A DNA stretch of 64,000 nucleotides, filler included, from Asterionella formosa (lineage: Eukaryota), in the NCBI GenBank assembly GCA_002256025.1. It is 23 parts of 23 records of this genome, joined end to end, with 100 filler letters (N's around TTAATTAATTAA, not from the genome) between each part and the next. Parts side by side here need not be neighbours in the genome. Positions count along the whole stretch, not along the records: positions 1 to 2,696 come from NKIB01014941.1; positions 2,797 to 5,490 come from NKIB01014942.1; positions 5,591 to 8,281 come from NKIB01014943.1; positions 8,382 to 11,075 come from NKIB01014944.1; 19 more parts are not named here. One strand, given 5' to 3'. Numbering within the stretch: position 1 is the first letter of the stretch; every line of letters begins with the position of its first letter. The notes under the pieces were generated by a model. The model had not been told where the DNA came from and did no database searches. It worked only from the letters and a program-made list of their open reading frames with translations. The position numbers and the translations under genes are program-made. Shown piece after piece: positions 1 through 11,175 of this stretch.

Positions 1-311
1 CAGGTACTGCTACCTGGTACCAGGGTGAACCAGGTACGTAGGCAGTAGACTGTACAATACTACAGGCACATACGCTACATACCGGTTGACACCTCCCAGT
101 TACGGAGTACATGCCTGTATCTACGGACTATATAGGTAACACATGACGACCAATATTTTAATATTCTTGCTTGTTTTTCGTTGTTCGTCTGCCTTTCATG
201 CCCTGCGCCTTTACTATATGATGAAGTAGGATTCGACTGTTTGACTGTTTGTTACCACAATTGCAGGTCAAACACCTCGTCGCTGATTGCTTGTTTACAA
301 GAAGGAACATC

Positions 312-1366
312 ATGTCGCCATCACTCCTCGTCCCAATCACAATGGTAGCTCTTCTCAGTAGTGCGCCAGTGGCAAAGTGTTTCGCACCGCCTCGACTCGT
401 GGTTCAAGACAGAACTCGTCGCCTCTTGTCCAAAGAAGCTGATGATTTTGGCATGGAAATGGCATTTGCCCAGTTGAATGAGCTAGAATCAATTGACGCC
501 ACCTTTGAAATAGATACTGCAGATATGGAAAAAGCCATAATGGGAATTGACCTCACGACAGACACTCTTTCGCCAGAAGAAGAATTGAAGCTGTACCAAG
601 AGCTCTATCAAGATCTCGATCAAGACAGCAATGCACTCGTCGAGACTGTCAAGAATGAAATTGGGGAAAAATTCATGCAAAGAAGCGACAAAGAAACGCC
701 GACGCTTGGGGATAGAAATCAAGATGATTTTATGAATCAAGCTCTTGAACAAGCTATGCGAGAAATTCAGGCGGAAGCACCAGGTGCAGCTGATTTGGCA
801 CATGCAATTAGGCACGATAAGGACTTGATGAAGGAAATTGAGGCCATCTTTGACAATGGGAACAATGAGCTGTTGGCCAGTTTGGAAGACATACGAAAGG
901 AACAGGTACGTGGATTATTCTAAACATTATTGAATCCTTGGCATGACAACCACTGACAATTACATAAACACGTTAGAACATGCTGGCTCAAGCTAGTGCA
1001 GAGCGTACTGCCAAGCGTGTCGAGGCTGCCATGGCAGTCGACCAAGCTCGTATGGAAGCGGCAAGAATTAGCATGTCGCGCATCATTGGCAATGTTAAAA
1101 ACGAAGAGATTGAAGTACAACAAGCCGTTGCGGAACTCCAAAAAGCCCAATCAGAATTGAACAATGATCCGTTGATGAAGTTGTTCAACATGAAGCAAGG
1201 TGGTGTTGTAAAACAAGGTGCATTTGTAGGAGCCATGCTGTTTGGTTTTCGATCAGCAATAGAAACTGTGGCGATGCTGGGTTTAGACGGAGAATCGCAT
1301 ACGACAGCTGCGTTAATCCAAGGAGCACTTGCATTATCGTGCGCTCTCTATTTCTTCGTGTTTTAA
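312..1366 (+). CDS. Two-exon hypothetical protein (~327 aa), probably plastid-targeted, coiled-coil with two C-terminal hydrophobic helices; exons 312-905 and 977-1366
   Basis: ORFs 249-923 and 980-1366 join in frame via a GTACGT..TTAG intron at 906-976. N-terminus MSPSLLVPITMVALLSSAPVAKC|FAPP resembles a diatom signal peptide plus ASAFAP-type motif. Confidence 0.75.
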
Positions 1367-1552
1367 TGAAATGTTCGAGGCATGGTGTATCTCATATAAA
1401 CAAATAATAAATAAAAGTCATTCTTCCTTTAGAATGTATCTTTAATTTTTCTACTTTAATTTGCGACCGTTGTAGGCTGCTTGTCGCGGCATATTGTTCA
1501 AAATGCCAAAAACGAATCCGGAATGCAACCAAAATTGGTTCTATGTATATAT

Positions 1553-1695
1553 GCGCAAATTTCCACTGATTTCAATATTTCAAATGGAATCATGTCATTC
1601 AAAAACAGCTCATAAAGATTCAAAGTTCCAGAGAATTTTGGCATCCCTAAGTGATATATTAATTTATGCCTTTGGGTTGAAATCATGCAGGAACC
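1553..1695 (-). mobile_element. Degenerate terminal segment of a TTAA-flanked (Kolobok-like) DNA transposon family
   Basis: Homologous to 5925-6064; ends ...GCAGGAACC followed by TTCA (degenerate TTAA). Same terminus as 41468 onward. Confidence 0.55.
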
Positions 1696-2696
1696 TTCAT
1701 ATAAGTGAAGTTCGTTTTTTAATAATAGTTATATTGGGAAAAGGGAGTTGTTATGGATGATGATGCTGGCAGTTACATAATTCCAATCCCAACAACTTTG
1801 AAATCATTAATTAAGATAGGTTTCATCACTTTGGCTGCTGGACAAGGAGGAGAATTATCTTGACTTTTGAAGCACAGTACTACTGGTAAGCATGTTTTGC
1901 TTAGCTACTTTCGCTTTCATTTGCTTTTTTGGCAATTCTGCCATGTTTTCACATGTGGCATTCTATGGGTGGTCTACAGGGGTGCAGTAAACACTCAAGC
2001 AGTTCAAGTAATAGTGATGAGAGTTCAAGTGAGGATGAAGAGTCAGCTGATTAGTCTGATAATAAAAAAGTGAGGAAATTGTGAATGTACATTCCAAGTT
2101 GACCAGTCTGTTACAGTACCATCTGATTATCTGGAAACCTTCAGTCATTCTTAGGTACTTTGTGCAGAAGCCTTTTATTTATTCCAATCTTGTGTACTAG
2201 TCATTAGTAGTCATGTTGCCTTGTCAAGAATCAATATCTCAAGTTGAAACACATTTACTAAGGTTGAATCCAGTCTCCTTGGGTCTCAAGTTATAATACT
2301 TACAGGTTGACAAGTCATGAGCCTAAACCAAGCTAAAAGCTCAAATTTACTCTATACGAGCTTTTACCATTTGGGAATCACTGTGTCAGCCCCTCCTACA
2401 TTATTACCAGACATGATGTTAAATGTCAGGAGAGTTTATGTCTCAAAGAACTTGATGATCCTAGCTTTTTTGATTTTTTGGATCATGAATCATGTTAATG
2501 AGTACTATATTCACTAGACTACTACCATGGATCAAAATTCTTGAAATACATTTACACATAGTATTAGAGCTCTGATAGTTCCTAATTATATATTCTTTGA
2601 GGTTAGCGTAATGATAGCTATTTATTGAGTGAGTCATTTTATATTGGTTGTTCATCACTTCGGCTGGAAAAGGAGAAAAATTTCGAGTTTGGAGAG

Positions 2697-2796
2697 NNNN
2701 NNNNNNNNNNNNNNNNNNNNNNNNNNNNNNNNNNNNNNNNTTAATTAATTAANNNNNNNNNNNNNNNNNNNNNNNNNNNNNNNNNNNNNNNNNNNN
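2697..2796. other. Artificial contig linker (first of 22 identical linkers in the window)
   Basis: 44 N + TTAATTAATTAA (stops in all six frames) + 44 N, recurring about every 2.79 kb. Confidence 0.98.
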
Positions 2797-5590
2797 TTTT
2801 GGAGAAAAAACGGTGTATTGATAGCAAAACATTTTTGTTCGATTGTTTGCTGTTGGTTGGTTGTTGTGTTTTGAAAACTAATCAGTTGTATAGCATGGCA
2901 GGCATTCAGATTGGAGTGAGTGCGTGTTGGCTGCTCCGATTGTGTGTGTGGCCACTGGTGTTGGCCGCAGGTTTGTGATTGAAAGTGAAAACAACAATTG
3001 TTGTTGGTTTTGGTTTGTTGGACTTTCTTAATATGTTTGATTGTTGCGTGAACAATATTCAAGGAAAGACATTGGTGTCGATTGTATTGAGTCCATGGTG
3101 GCATGGTCTCATGTAGTTTGTGATGGGGTTAAGCCGCATCAGTTGGGTTGAAAGTAAAACCAAGAGTGGTCATTGGTTTGTTGTTGTACTTCCGACTGTT
3201 GGTTTTTGTTGCATTGCCTGGAAATTTGGTGCTGTTTGCACTTATTCCTTGGGGTCTGCTATTGTAGTTGTAGTTTTGGTTGTAGTTGTTATGTGTTTGG
3301 TTGATGCACATTTATTGGTTGATTGCTGGGTGGGTTCTCCCTGCAGTATCTTCCTTGAGTCATTTTGTCACGTGGTCACTTTTTTGTTTTTTTTTCGACC
3401 ATGTCATTGTCCCTGTCGTTTTGCGTGTTTCCTTGGACTTGGAAGCCTTCATACACTAGTGGAGTGTAGTTGAGAAAGCCAAAAGAAAGAAACGAGTTTG
3501 AGGAACCACAAAGAAACGTCAGGACCGCAATGGGATCATTGCGACCTGATAACCATAAATTCGCGAGCGTATGACAAGAAAGTGGGCACTGGATGTGCAT
3601 AATTTCGACTGGCGTCTTCGGCTTAAGAAGCCGACCTGAGCTACCGGTATTGCTCCAGCAATGCTGATATCACGACTCCGGACATTCGGTCGACTTACAG
3701 AAGTATGTTCGTACACCTGTAGTACAGTTGGTTCGAATTGGTCGTCTTGTAATCGACCATTAGAAATGCTTCTTTAGTTTAGCAATTCCCGCTCCAGCTA
3801 TCGTCTTGCCATTCCGGTACTTCTAAGTAATTTTTAGGCTCTAAGTAATTTCTTAAGTAATTTTTATTTAAGGGCAATATGGGGCACATCGAATTTTTCG
3901 GCAATAAAATTGCCGATTTTAGCATGACAACCAGAATAACGGTATTATGCATAGAGATGGTACAACAAGCGTAAAACACACAAGAATGATTGTAACATGC
4001 AACATCAATGAAAATTGAACATGATGTTTGGAGCAACCAAAGTATGAAATGAGATGTAATAAGTAGCATCAAATGAGAAATAGAAAAAATTGTTTTGGGT
4101 TAGAAATGAAATAAAGAATAAGAGTTCCAATGGAGACATAGCTATGCATTGTGAATCATTGTAGTACTTACACATCAGGCAACATTGACTTTCCATCAAC
4201 ACACAATCGAAGACCGAAAGGAGAAGAAAAAAAGCTGAACCCAATCTTGACCTACATCGTTATGTAGCGTCAACGGTCTGGTTTCTGCAACCATGCGCAT
4301 CGCTGTAGTAGCCTGACACCAGTAGCAGTATTTCCGCCACATTCATTCCTCTCCGCTGCCCACCAAACAGGCAACCCTGATCATTCCATTCTGAGCAAGC
4401 GTGATCGCCACACTGCTCCAGCACTATTGACTCTCTCTAGCTGAGTATTCATGTAGCTTCTGATACGAACTCGCAGTAGAAATGTAGCAAAGCGCGTTAG
4501 TACAAGAAAAGCATTGCTTGGCGGCAATATTGACATCATTGTCAATGACTATACAAATCAACAACGGCACAATACCACATCTTCAATGAGTAGTCATTGA
4601 TAAATGCATTGGTTCTTATGTAGATATGTAAATCGAAACAAAACGACAGTGCGTAACGACAAAAAACGATGGAAGCGATCAAAACAAACCACGGAAGCAA
4701 TCAAATCGGAAAGTCGATAAATACGATCTACAATCCACATTCAGTGTTTCACTGTTGTACTTACCGATCCGCTTCAACTAGCATAACAAGCAGCAAACGA
4801 TGGGATAAAAGAAAGACGAACATTGCCTATTGCAAGCCCGAATAGAGCAAAGGCAGGCAAGATAGAGTGAGAACTATATTTGTGAGGACGAAATCGGGCA
4901 TACGGTACGTAAAATCAATGAACATGTGAACGATACAATTCAACATTTCAGGTCTCGTAAAAATAATACCGAGTCTACAGAGAGAATATTATTAAGTGTT
5001 CAAAGTAAGCGTTAAAGCATGCATGGTTGTTTTTAGTACCACGTACGTATGTAGACTAGATGACTGCCGGTACCGGTAGAATATCCGTTAAGCATCATTA
5101 CATACATGACCGGAACAAAAACTTGCCACCAACATCAGATGTATCGATATCATCGTGCGTCCGACGAAATATGGACGATGCGACTACATGAATACCTCGA
5201 GAAGACAAGCAATCCAACAATCAACCGCATCCGTTAGGCAAAGAATCGCTACTGGCGTCATCGCGGAACTGATTTCGCTTCAAACCGGTCATGATGGACG
5301 ACGATTGGCATGGTGAAAGGTGAATTGCCGGAGTCCACTTTTCAGGAGACGAACAAAAACGAAGTGAATTCTAGATATAAATTATTAGAATCTGAATAGT
5401 ATATAAAATGGTTTCCTTAAGTAGACCCCTTGCCGATTTCGGCAATCCCAGGGCTGGAAAACCGAGGGGCAATTGGTGTCTGTTGTCTTGNNNNNNNNNN
5501 NNNNNNNNNNNNNNNNNNNNNNNNNNNNNNNNNNTTAATTAATTAANNNNNNNNNNNNNNNNNNNNNNNNNNNNNNNNNNNNNNNNNNNN

Positions 5591-5738
5591 CAAGCTCAAA
5601 GAGAGTTTGGAAGGGGGTATGTTAAAAGAGTGATTAGATTAGTTTATCCGGACTAGAATAACGAGTCACACGAGTACACAATACTTCATGCGTCAGACAA
5701 AAAGATAGATGAGAAGGACAGACTTGCGATTTATAACA
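5591..5738 (+). mobile_element. Possible 3' end of an LTR retrotransposon (polypurine tract plus short LTR)
   Basis: Purine-rich GAGAGTTTGGAAGGGGG followed by TGTT.. and ending ..AACA. No partner LTR in the contig. Confidence 0.35.
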
Positions 5739-5759
5739 CCAGTACGTTACTACTGTTAG

Positions 5760-6470
5760 TATGCACATTCAAATATTTTTCGGAGCCGCCGGGTCGTGAA
5801 TGTGAAACATATTTGTTGATACGAGTAGGTGTTACTATTGATAGAAAAGCAAAATAAAACATTCAGCGATGTTGAATCTATTTATACATATTTAATGCAT
5901 TTGAAATGGAATCTATACACGTACGCGCAAATTTCCACTCATTTGAATATTTCAAACTGAATCATTGATATTCAGATTAGCACATAAAAGTTCTTAGTTC
6001 CAGGGAATTTCGGCAATCCTAAGTAATATTTTAATTTTTGCCTAGGGGTTCAAATGCAGGAACCTTAAACATGTAGGCAAAAATTAAAATATTGCTTAGG
6101 GTTGCCAAAATTCCCTGGCATTAAGAATTTAATTAGCAATATTTGAATGACGTGATTCCATTTGAAATATTTGAATCAGTGGAAATTTGCGATAACGAAC
6201 ATAGATTCCTTGTCGAAATCGCTAAATATATGTATATACACCCTTCGTCGCTGTATGTATATATACACTAAAAATACGATCGACATGCATGCATGGACAC
6301 TCTATACTCCAATTAACGATTTTATATGCTATGCATTGAATCCGTTCGTATATATATTTAGATTCTACATCGCTTGATGTGCATATACCTGGTACTACAA
6401 TCAATACTCGGATCGACGACTATGTATCATGTATACGACCCGGAGGCTCGGCAAATATTTGAAAGTGCAC
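5760..6470. repeat. Long imperfect inverted repeat made of two diverged transposon-end copies joined tail-to-tail
   Basis: TGCACATTCAAATATTTTTCGGAGCCGCCGGGTCGT (~5762) matches the reverse complement of ~6435-6470; 5925-6045 mirrors 6074-6191. Left arm ends GGGGTTCAAATGCAGGAACC|TTAA (6065-6068). Confidence 0.75.
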
Positions 6471-7439
6471 CCAAGGAGCGTCACGCGTACTTACCGGTAT
6501 GTCCAATGATGATCATCTACTGGTACCCGTCGTGAATATAGCACCGGACCGGACTGTCAGTACACCCAAGAAAATGTTACAAGTTTATCCAATGTGGCCG
6601 GCGTGGGTTTGCACGACCTCGCAAACCATGCCAATCAAACAGAGGAATGTACTTACAATGGAATTTTTCGGACAGGAGATTTTAGGACTAAAAATTCCGG
6701 CACACGACTGCCATTCCGATGATGACGTTTCGGCACTTAATAATTCTGATTCCGATATTTTGGCGACCATAGAAAAGGCCGATTTTGTCGAGTTTTTGGA
6801 CGACGATAGCTAAACGTTGGCTGGGTCTGACGGCGATTTTTTTTCGAATCTGTTTATTAGGCCGTTGCTAGCGGTGGACCAAAACCAAAACCAAACAGTG
6901 TTTAGGTTTCGGTAACCCTAAAAAACGATGCTTACGGGAGTGAAAAACCCAACGCAAACGCATTACGTTTAGGGGATTCCGTGCCCATATCCCAATAAGT
7001 TACCCAAACGCATTACGTTTAGGTTTTTTTTCCCAAAGTTACCTAAACGTAGGATTCCATGTTGACTACTTTGAATGTAGTCACTAGAAACCCAATTATT
7101 ATCGTCGTAGAATCACTACATATAGGACGGAGCATACCGGTATATATCATATCTATATATACAACAATAGCCATACGGTAAGTACTCTGTACCAGGGTAC
7201 CACACTGGCGAGAACAACAACACAACAACAGCAACAACAACAAATCATCGCAGCACTATGGATCTACTTTCGAAGAAGTTACAATGACTATTACTTGACA
7301 ATCGAATTAGAACTACTCAATTCACAAGCTAGAGCGTTGTACGATTGAAAAGGTCGCTTCAATTTGCCATCATCACATCCAGTATTGGTATAGCTAGAGA
7401 TGTAATCATAAAGATCAAACTACAAAGCAAACGACATAT

Positions 7440-8281
7440 TTACGCAGTGCTTCCAATAACCTTCCAAGTTTTCTTCATATCCTCCGTATCAATGACAAGA
7501 TAGCCGTCCACTGCCCCAGGATTAGTGGGCTTGAACTTGACCACGAAGTCAATTCCTTCCTTGCTGCTCAATGATCCTTCCGAAGGAACAACAGTGAAAT
7601 CACCTGGAGTTTCCGAAGTAAGGCCGCCCGAAAATCAGCGTATCCCATGAACTCATTCTTTAGATTGAATTCGAGAATTCGGATCTGACCAATGCGGGAG
7701 ACGAGCTAAATAGTTTGCTATCCGGGACAACAGCACCAAATGCTTTCTCAAAATCGAAATCCTGTAGTTTTGCGAGAGACCTCGAGTTAGATATTGCATA
7801 ACAACTGATCAAAAATTAAATAATTCTAAGTCAATCTTTAATGACCATACCTGATTCCTCTGAACTCCAAACTTGGCAAGAGCCCGCCAGTCTTCTTCGG
7901 TGGACACGGAGTCAAAACTTTCAGTCAGTTCCCTGTGCGCATTCTTCTTTCGGCGGAGTTCCTGCTGGTTCATCCAGTTCTACATTTGCTGCGCCCGAAC
8001 TACTTCTACTCCTTTTTCAATCAAGTTAGAAGCGTATCCCGTCGAGGTACCCCATGCGTTCTTGGCACTCATCGTCTTGGACTTCGCGAAGGAAGGGGAC
8101 ACGTCACTTCCAAACTTCTCGAGACCTTTCTTACCATCTCCAGCCACACCCATTTGGCCATCACCTCCATCGAATTCATCTCCAAAGTCAGCATATTTGT
8201 CCCACTTTGCAGGTCCGAAACGATCAATATCTTCCTTCTTTTGATTGGTAACTTCTTTCTTGGTTCCTTCAATGTGAAGGC
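7440..8281 (-). pseudogene. Disrupted copy of an algal-type hypothetical protein gene (5' end cut by contig edge)
   Basis: Minus-strand translation ..FGDEFDGGDGQMGVAGDG..SAKNAWGTSTGYA..RAQQM*NWMNQQE..; intron ~7762-7850; last exon ..FVVKFKPTNPGAVDGYLVIDTEDMKKTWKVIGSTA*. In-frame TAG at 7980-7982 and frameshifts in the last exon. Confidence 0.65.
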
Positions 8282-9059
8282 NNNNNNNNNNNNNNNNNNN
8301 NNNNNNNNNNNNNNNNNNNNNNNNNTTAATTAATTAANNNNNNNNNNNNNNNNNNNNNNNNNNNNNNNNNNNNNNNNNNNNCATTCCTCGCAGACAGTGA
8401 TGAGTGAATACCTTGTACACTGGTACCAGTCGCATCCCGTAATTGGACTACAGCGAAGTGTGCGCTGCGGAGTGCATCAATTTCGCTTATCTATCATAGA
8501 TCAATGCTAATCGGGTTTATTAAAATAACGATAAACATGTAATAAAATTCTAGTGCTATTTCTATTCGCTAAAAGTTTCGGCGCGAGATTTGACTATTCT
8601 AGGATTTGGTCGATGCGGTGGGAAAAAATTTGAAAAATTCGACTCTTGATAAAAAATTTCTCAACCAAGTGAGGTATATTGATATTTTCAACTGCAATTG
8701 GCTTTGGTATTTGGTCGATGCGGTGGCGATGCTCTAAAAACTACGAGATTTTGAAGCATAAACAAAATTTCCGGCATCTTCCATCTATCCTGCAGGTTTA
8801 ATAATGAATTGCATCTTTTACGTAGAAATGCGTAGAATTCTACGACAAGTGGTAGAGACACTATTTTGGCAGAAGAAGGGCTCAAGAATTACTTTTCAAT
8901 CGACGAAAACGACGACGATACAAAGAAGTCGCTCGAATAAACAATAGACAACTCTCATTACATTCAAGACGACATTGACGACGACGACAAAGAACAAGAA
9001 CCATACAAAGAAGTCGCTCGAATAAATAATAGACAACTCTCATTACATTCAAGACGACA

Positions 9060-9352
9060 TTGACAATGCTAAAATCATTTGGTTGGAAAAAGGAAACAGA
9101 ATTGGAAAAATCTGTCAAACGGTTGAAAGCGAATGATCCAAGTTTGACTGAACTTAATCTCTATTATAATTCAATTGGTGATGACGGAACCAAGGCCATT
9201 GCAGAGGCTCTCAAGGTCAATACTGTCTTGACTGAACTTAATCTCTACGATAATTCAATTGGTGTTGACGGAGCCAAGTCCATTGCAGAGGCTCTCAAGG
9301 TCAATACTGTCTTGACTTCACTTTATCTCAGTAGTAATTCAATTGGTGCTGA
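9060..9352 (+). pseudogene. Truncated ribonuclease-inhibitor-type (NLRC3-like) LRR protein, copy 1
   Basis: 28-aa repeats LTELNLYxNSIGDDGAKAIAEALKVNTV; homology stops abruptly at ~9352 where unrelated GC-richer sequence begins. Confidence 0.8.
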
Positions 9353-10042
9353 CGGCGGCGGACCGAAGGGGAGGAACTGTGGTAGTAAAAGGAGTCATGC
9401 GGGCAAGTTCGGCCTGAAGGTGGCTCATGCCGGGACTGTGGGAAGACATGGAGAGATATTGAGGTGGACCGGAATGGGGGGCCGCACGGAGTGAGGCAGG
9501 AGCACTTGGAGTGATAGTGTAGGAAGGATAGGGACTCATGGTATGTGGTGCTGAATGGCGCGGAGGAGGCGCAGAACGATGGGAGGAGGATGCGATGAAT
9601 TCTGGCGACAAGGAGAAGTAAACCGGGAAGTCGTGGGCCGAGGGAAGGGAATACCCAGTGGGGACCGATGAAGCGGAAGGGCGCCCGTGTGCAGCAGAGA
9701 TAGCGGCGGGATATGGATGGGCGGCACCCCCATGATGGTGCGGTGGCGCTGTAGGCCATGAGGGCGTGGTTTCACCAATAAATGTGGCAGGGAGAGGGGC
9801 AAGATTGGTGTCGGTCGGCGATGGAGATCGCATTGCTCTCCCAGGGATCAAGAGGGATCAATAACCTGTGGAGGAGAGATGGGTGACGAGTTCGTGCAAT
9901 CGGGTTGAGGACAACGTAATTACAAGTAACTGAGGGTTTAATTAGATTATCTATTTCTGTTGTGTATCGGATATACCGGGATCTGCGCACTTACGTGGAT
10001 ATTAGTAGAGTATATTGAAGTAACTGGTATGCAGTACTAACA
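9353..10042 (-). mobile_element. 5' end of a Copia-like LTR retrotransposon (LTR ~9867-10042, PBS-like site, Pro-rich gag start)
   Basis: Minus strand TGTTAG...CTCCACA then GGTTATTGATCCC (Copia-type primer-site-like), then a Pro/Ser/His-rich ORF (9339-9851). Confidence 0.5.
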
Positions 10043-10590
10043 ATATCCATCAAACAGCGATCACAAAAATAAAGGACGTTTTGAGTCAGGAAGTAATATT
10101 ATCGTACAGACATTTTGTCAGTAGGAGTCGAAATGGAAAAATTCTCAATCATTTCCGGAATTTCGCTTAGCGGAACACCGGGTAAGCTAAAATGACCCTC
10201 GGGGTCATTAATCTATATTAAATACTGGTATCATAACAATTATTGCATACCATCGGTATTTTTAACTGTGATGGACACGCGACAAGAATTACAAACACGA
10301 GCGACATCATACGACACACACACAAATGAATGTTATTTTTACATATGCGAACAGGTTTATATAAGTAAGCCCTTCTATCACTCCCCGTAATTCAATCGCA
10401 TCGGCATGCAGGAGGAATGAGTTGCATCGTAGAATTCTACGACAAGGGGTGGACACACTACTTTGGTAGAAGGGCTGAAGAATTACTTTTCAATCACGAC
10501 TAAAACGACGACAACGACGACGAGACACGAACCAAACAAAGAAGTCGCACGAATAAACAATAGACAACTCTCATTACATTCAAGACGACA

Positions 10591-11075
10591 TTGACAATGC
10601 TAAAAGCTTTTCGTCGAAAGAAGGAAGAAACAGATTTGGAGAAATCTGTCAAACGGTTGAAAGCGAATGATCCAAGTTTGACTTTCCTTAATCTCAATGG
10701 TAATTCAATTGGTAATGACGGAGCCAAGGCCATTGCAGAGGCTCTGAAGGTCAACACTGTCTTGTCTTCACTTTATCTGAGTAGGAATTCAATTGGTGAT
10801 GATGGCGCAAAGGCTATTGCAGAGGCTCTCAAGGTTAATACAGTCTTGACTACACTTAATCTCCATAGTAATTCAATTGGTGATGACGGAGCCAAGGCCA
10901 TTGCAAAGGCTCTCAAGGTCAATACTGTCTTGACTACACTTTATCTCTCTAGTAATTCAATTGGTGATGACGGAGGCAAGGCCATTGCAGAGGCTCTCAA
11001 GGTCAATACTGTCTTGACTAAACTTCATCTCTATAATAATTCAATTGGTGTTGACGGAGCCAAGGCCATTGCAGA
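10591..11075 (+). CDS. RI-type (NLRC3-like) leucine-rich repeat protein, copy 2, 3' end cut by contig edge
   Basis: About five 28-aa (84-bp) LRR units; upstream and N-terminal sequence paralogous to copy 1. An ATG (ATGCTAAAA) lies two codons into the ORF. Confidence 0.85.
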
Positions 11076-11175
11076 NNNNNNNNNNNNNNNNNNNNNNNNN
11101 NNNNNNNNNNNNNNNNNNNTTAATTAATTAANNNNNNNNNNNNNNNNNNNNNNNNNNNNNNNNNNNNNNNNNNNN

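Noticed and set aside
2697..2796. TTAATTAATTAA as a biological motif, and ORFs ending in X-runs or LIN
   Set aside because: Artificial linker sequence.
2797..3760. Possible retroelement gag/LTR remnant (CAA-rich minus strand)
   Set aside because: No motif could be reconstructed convincingly; the ORFs are low-complexity.
6855..7052. Another MITE end with AAACGCATTACGTTTAGG repeats
   Set aside because: The motif occurs twice but no partner TIR or TSD was found in the contig.
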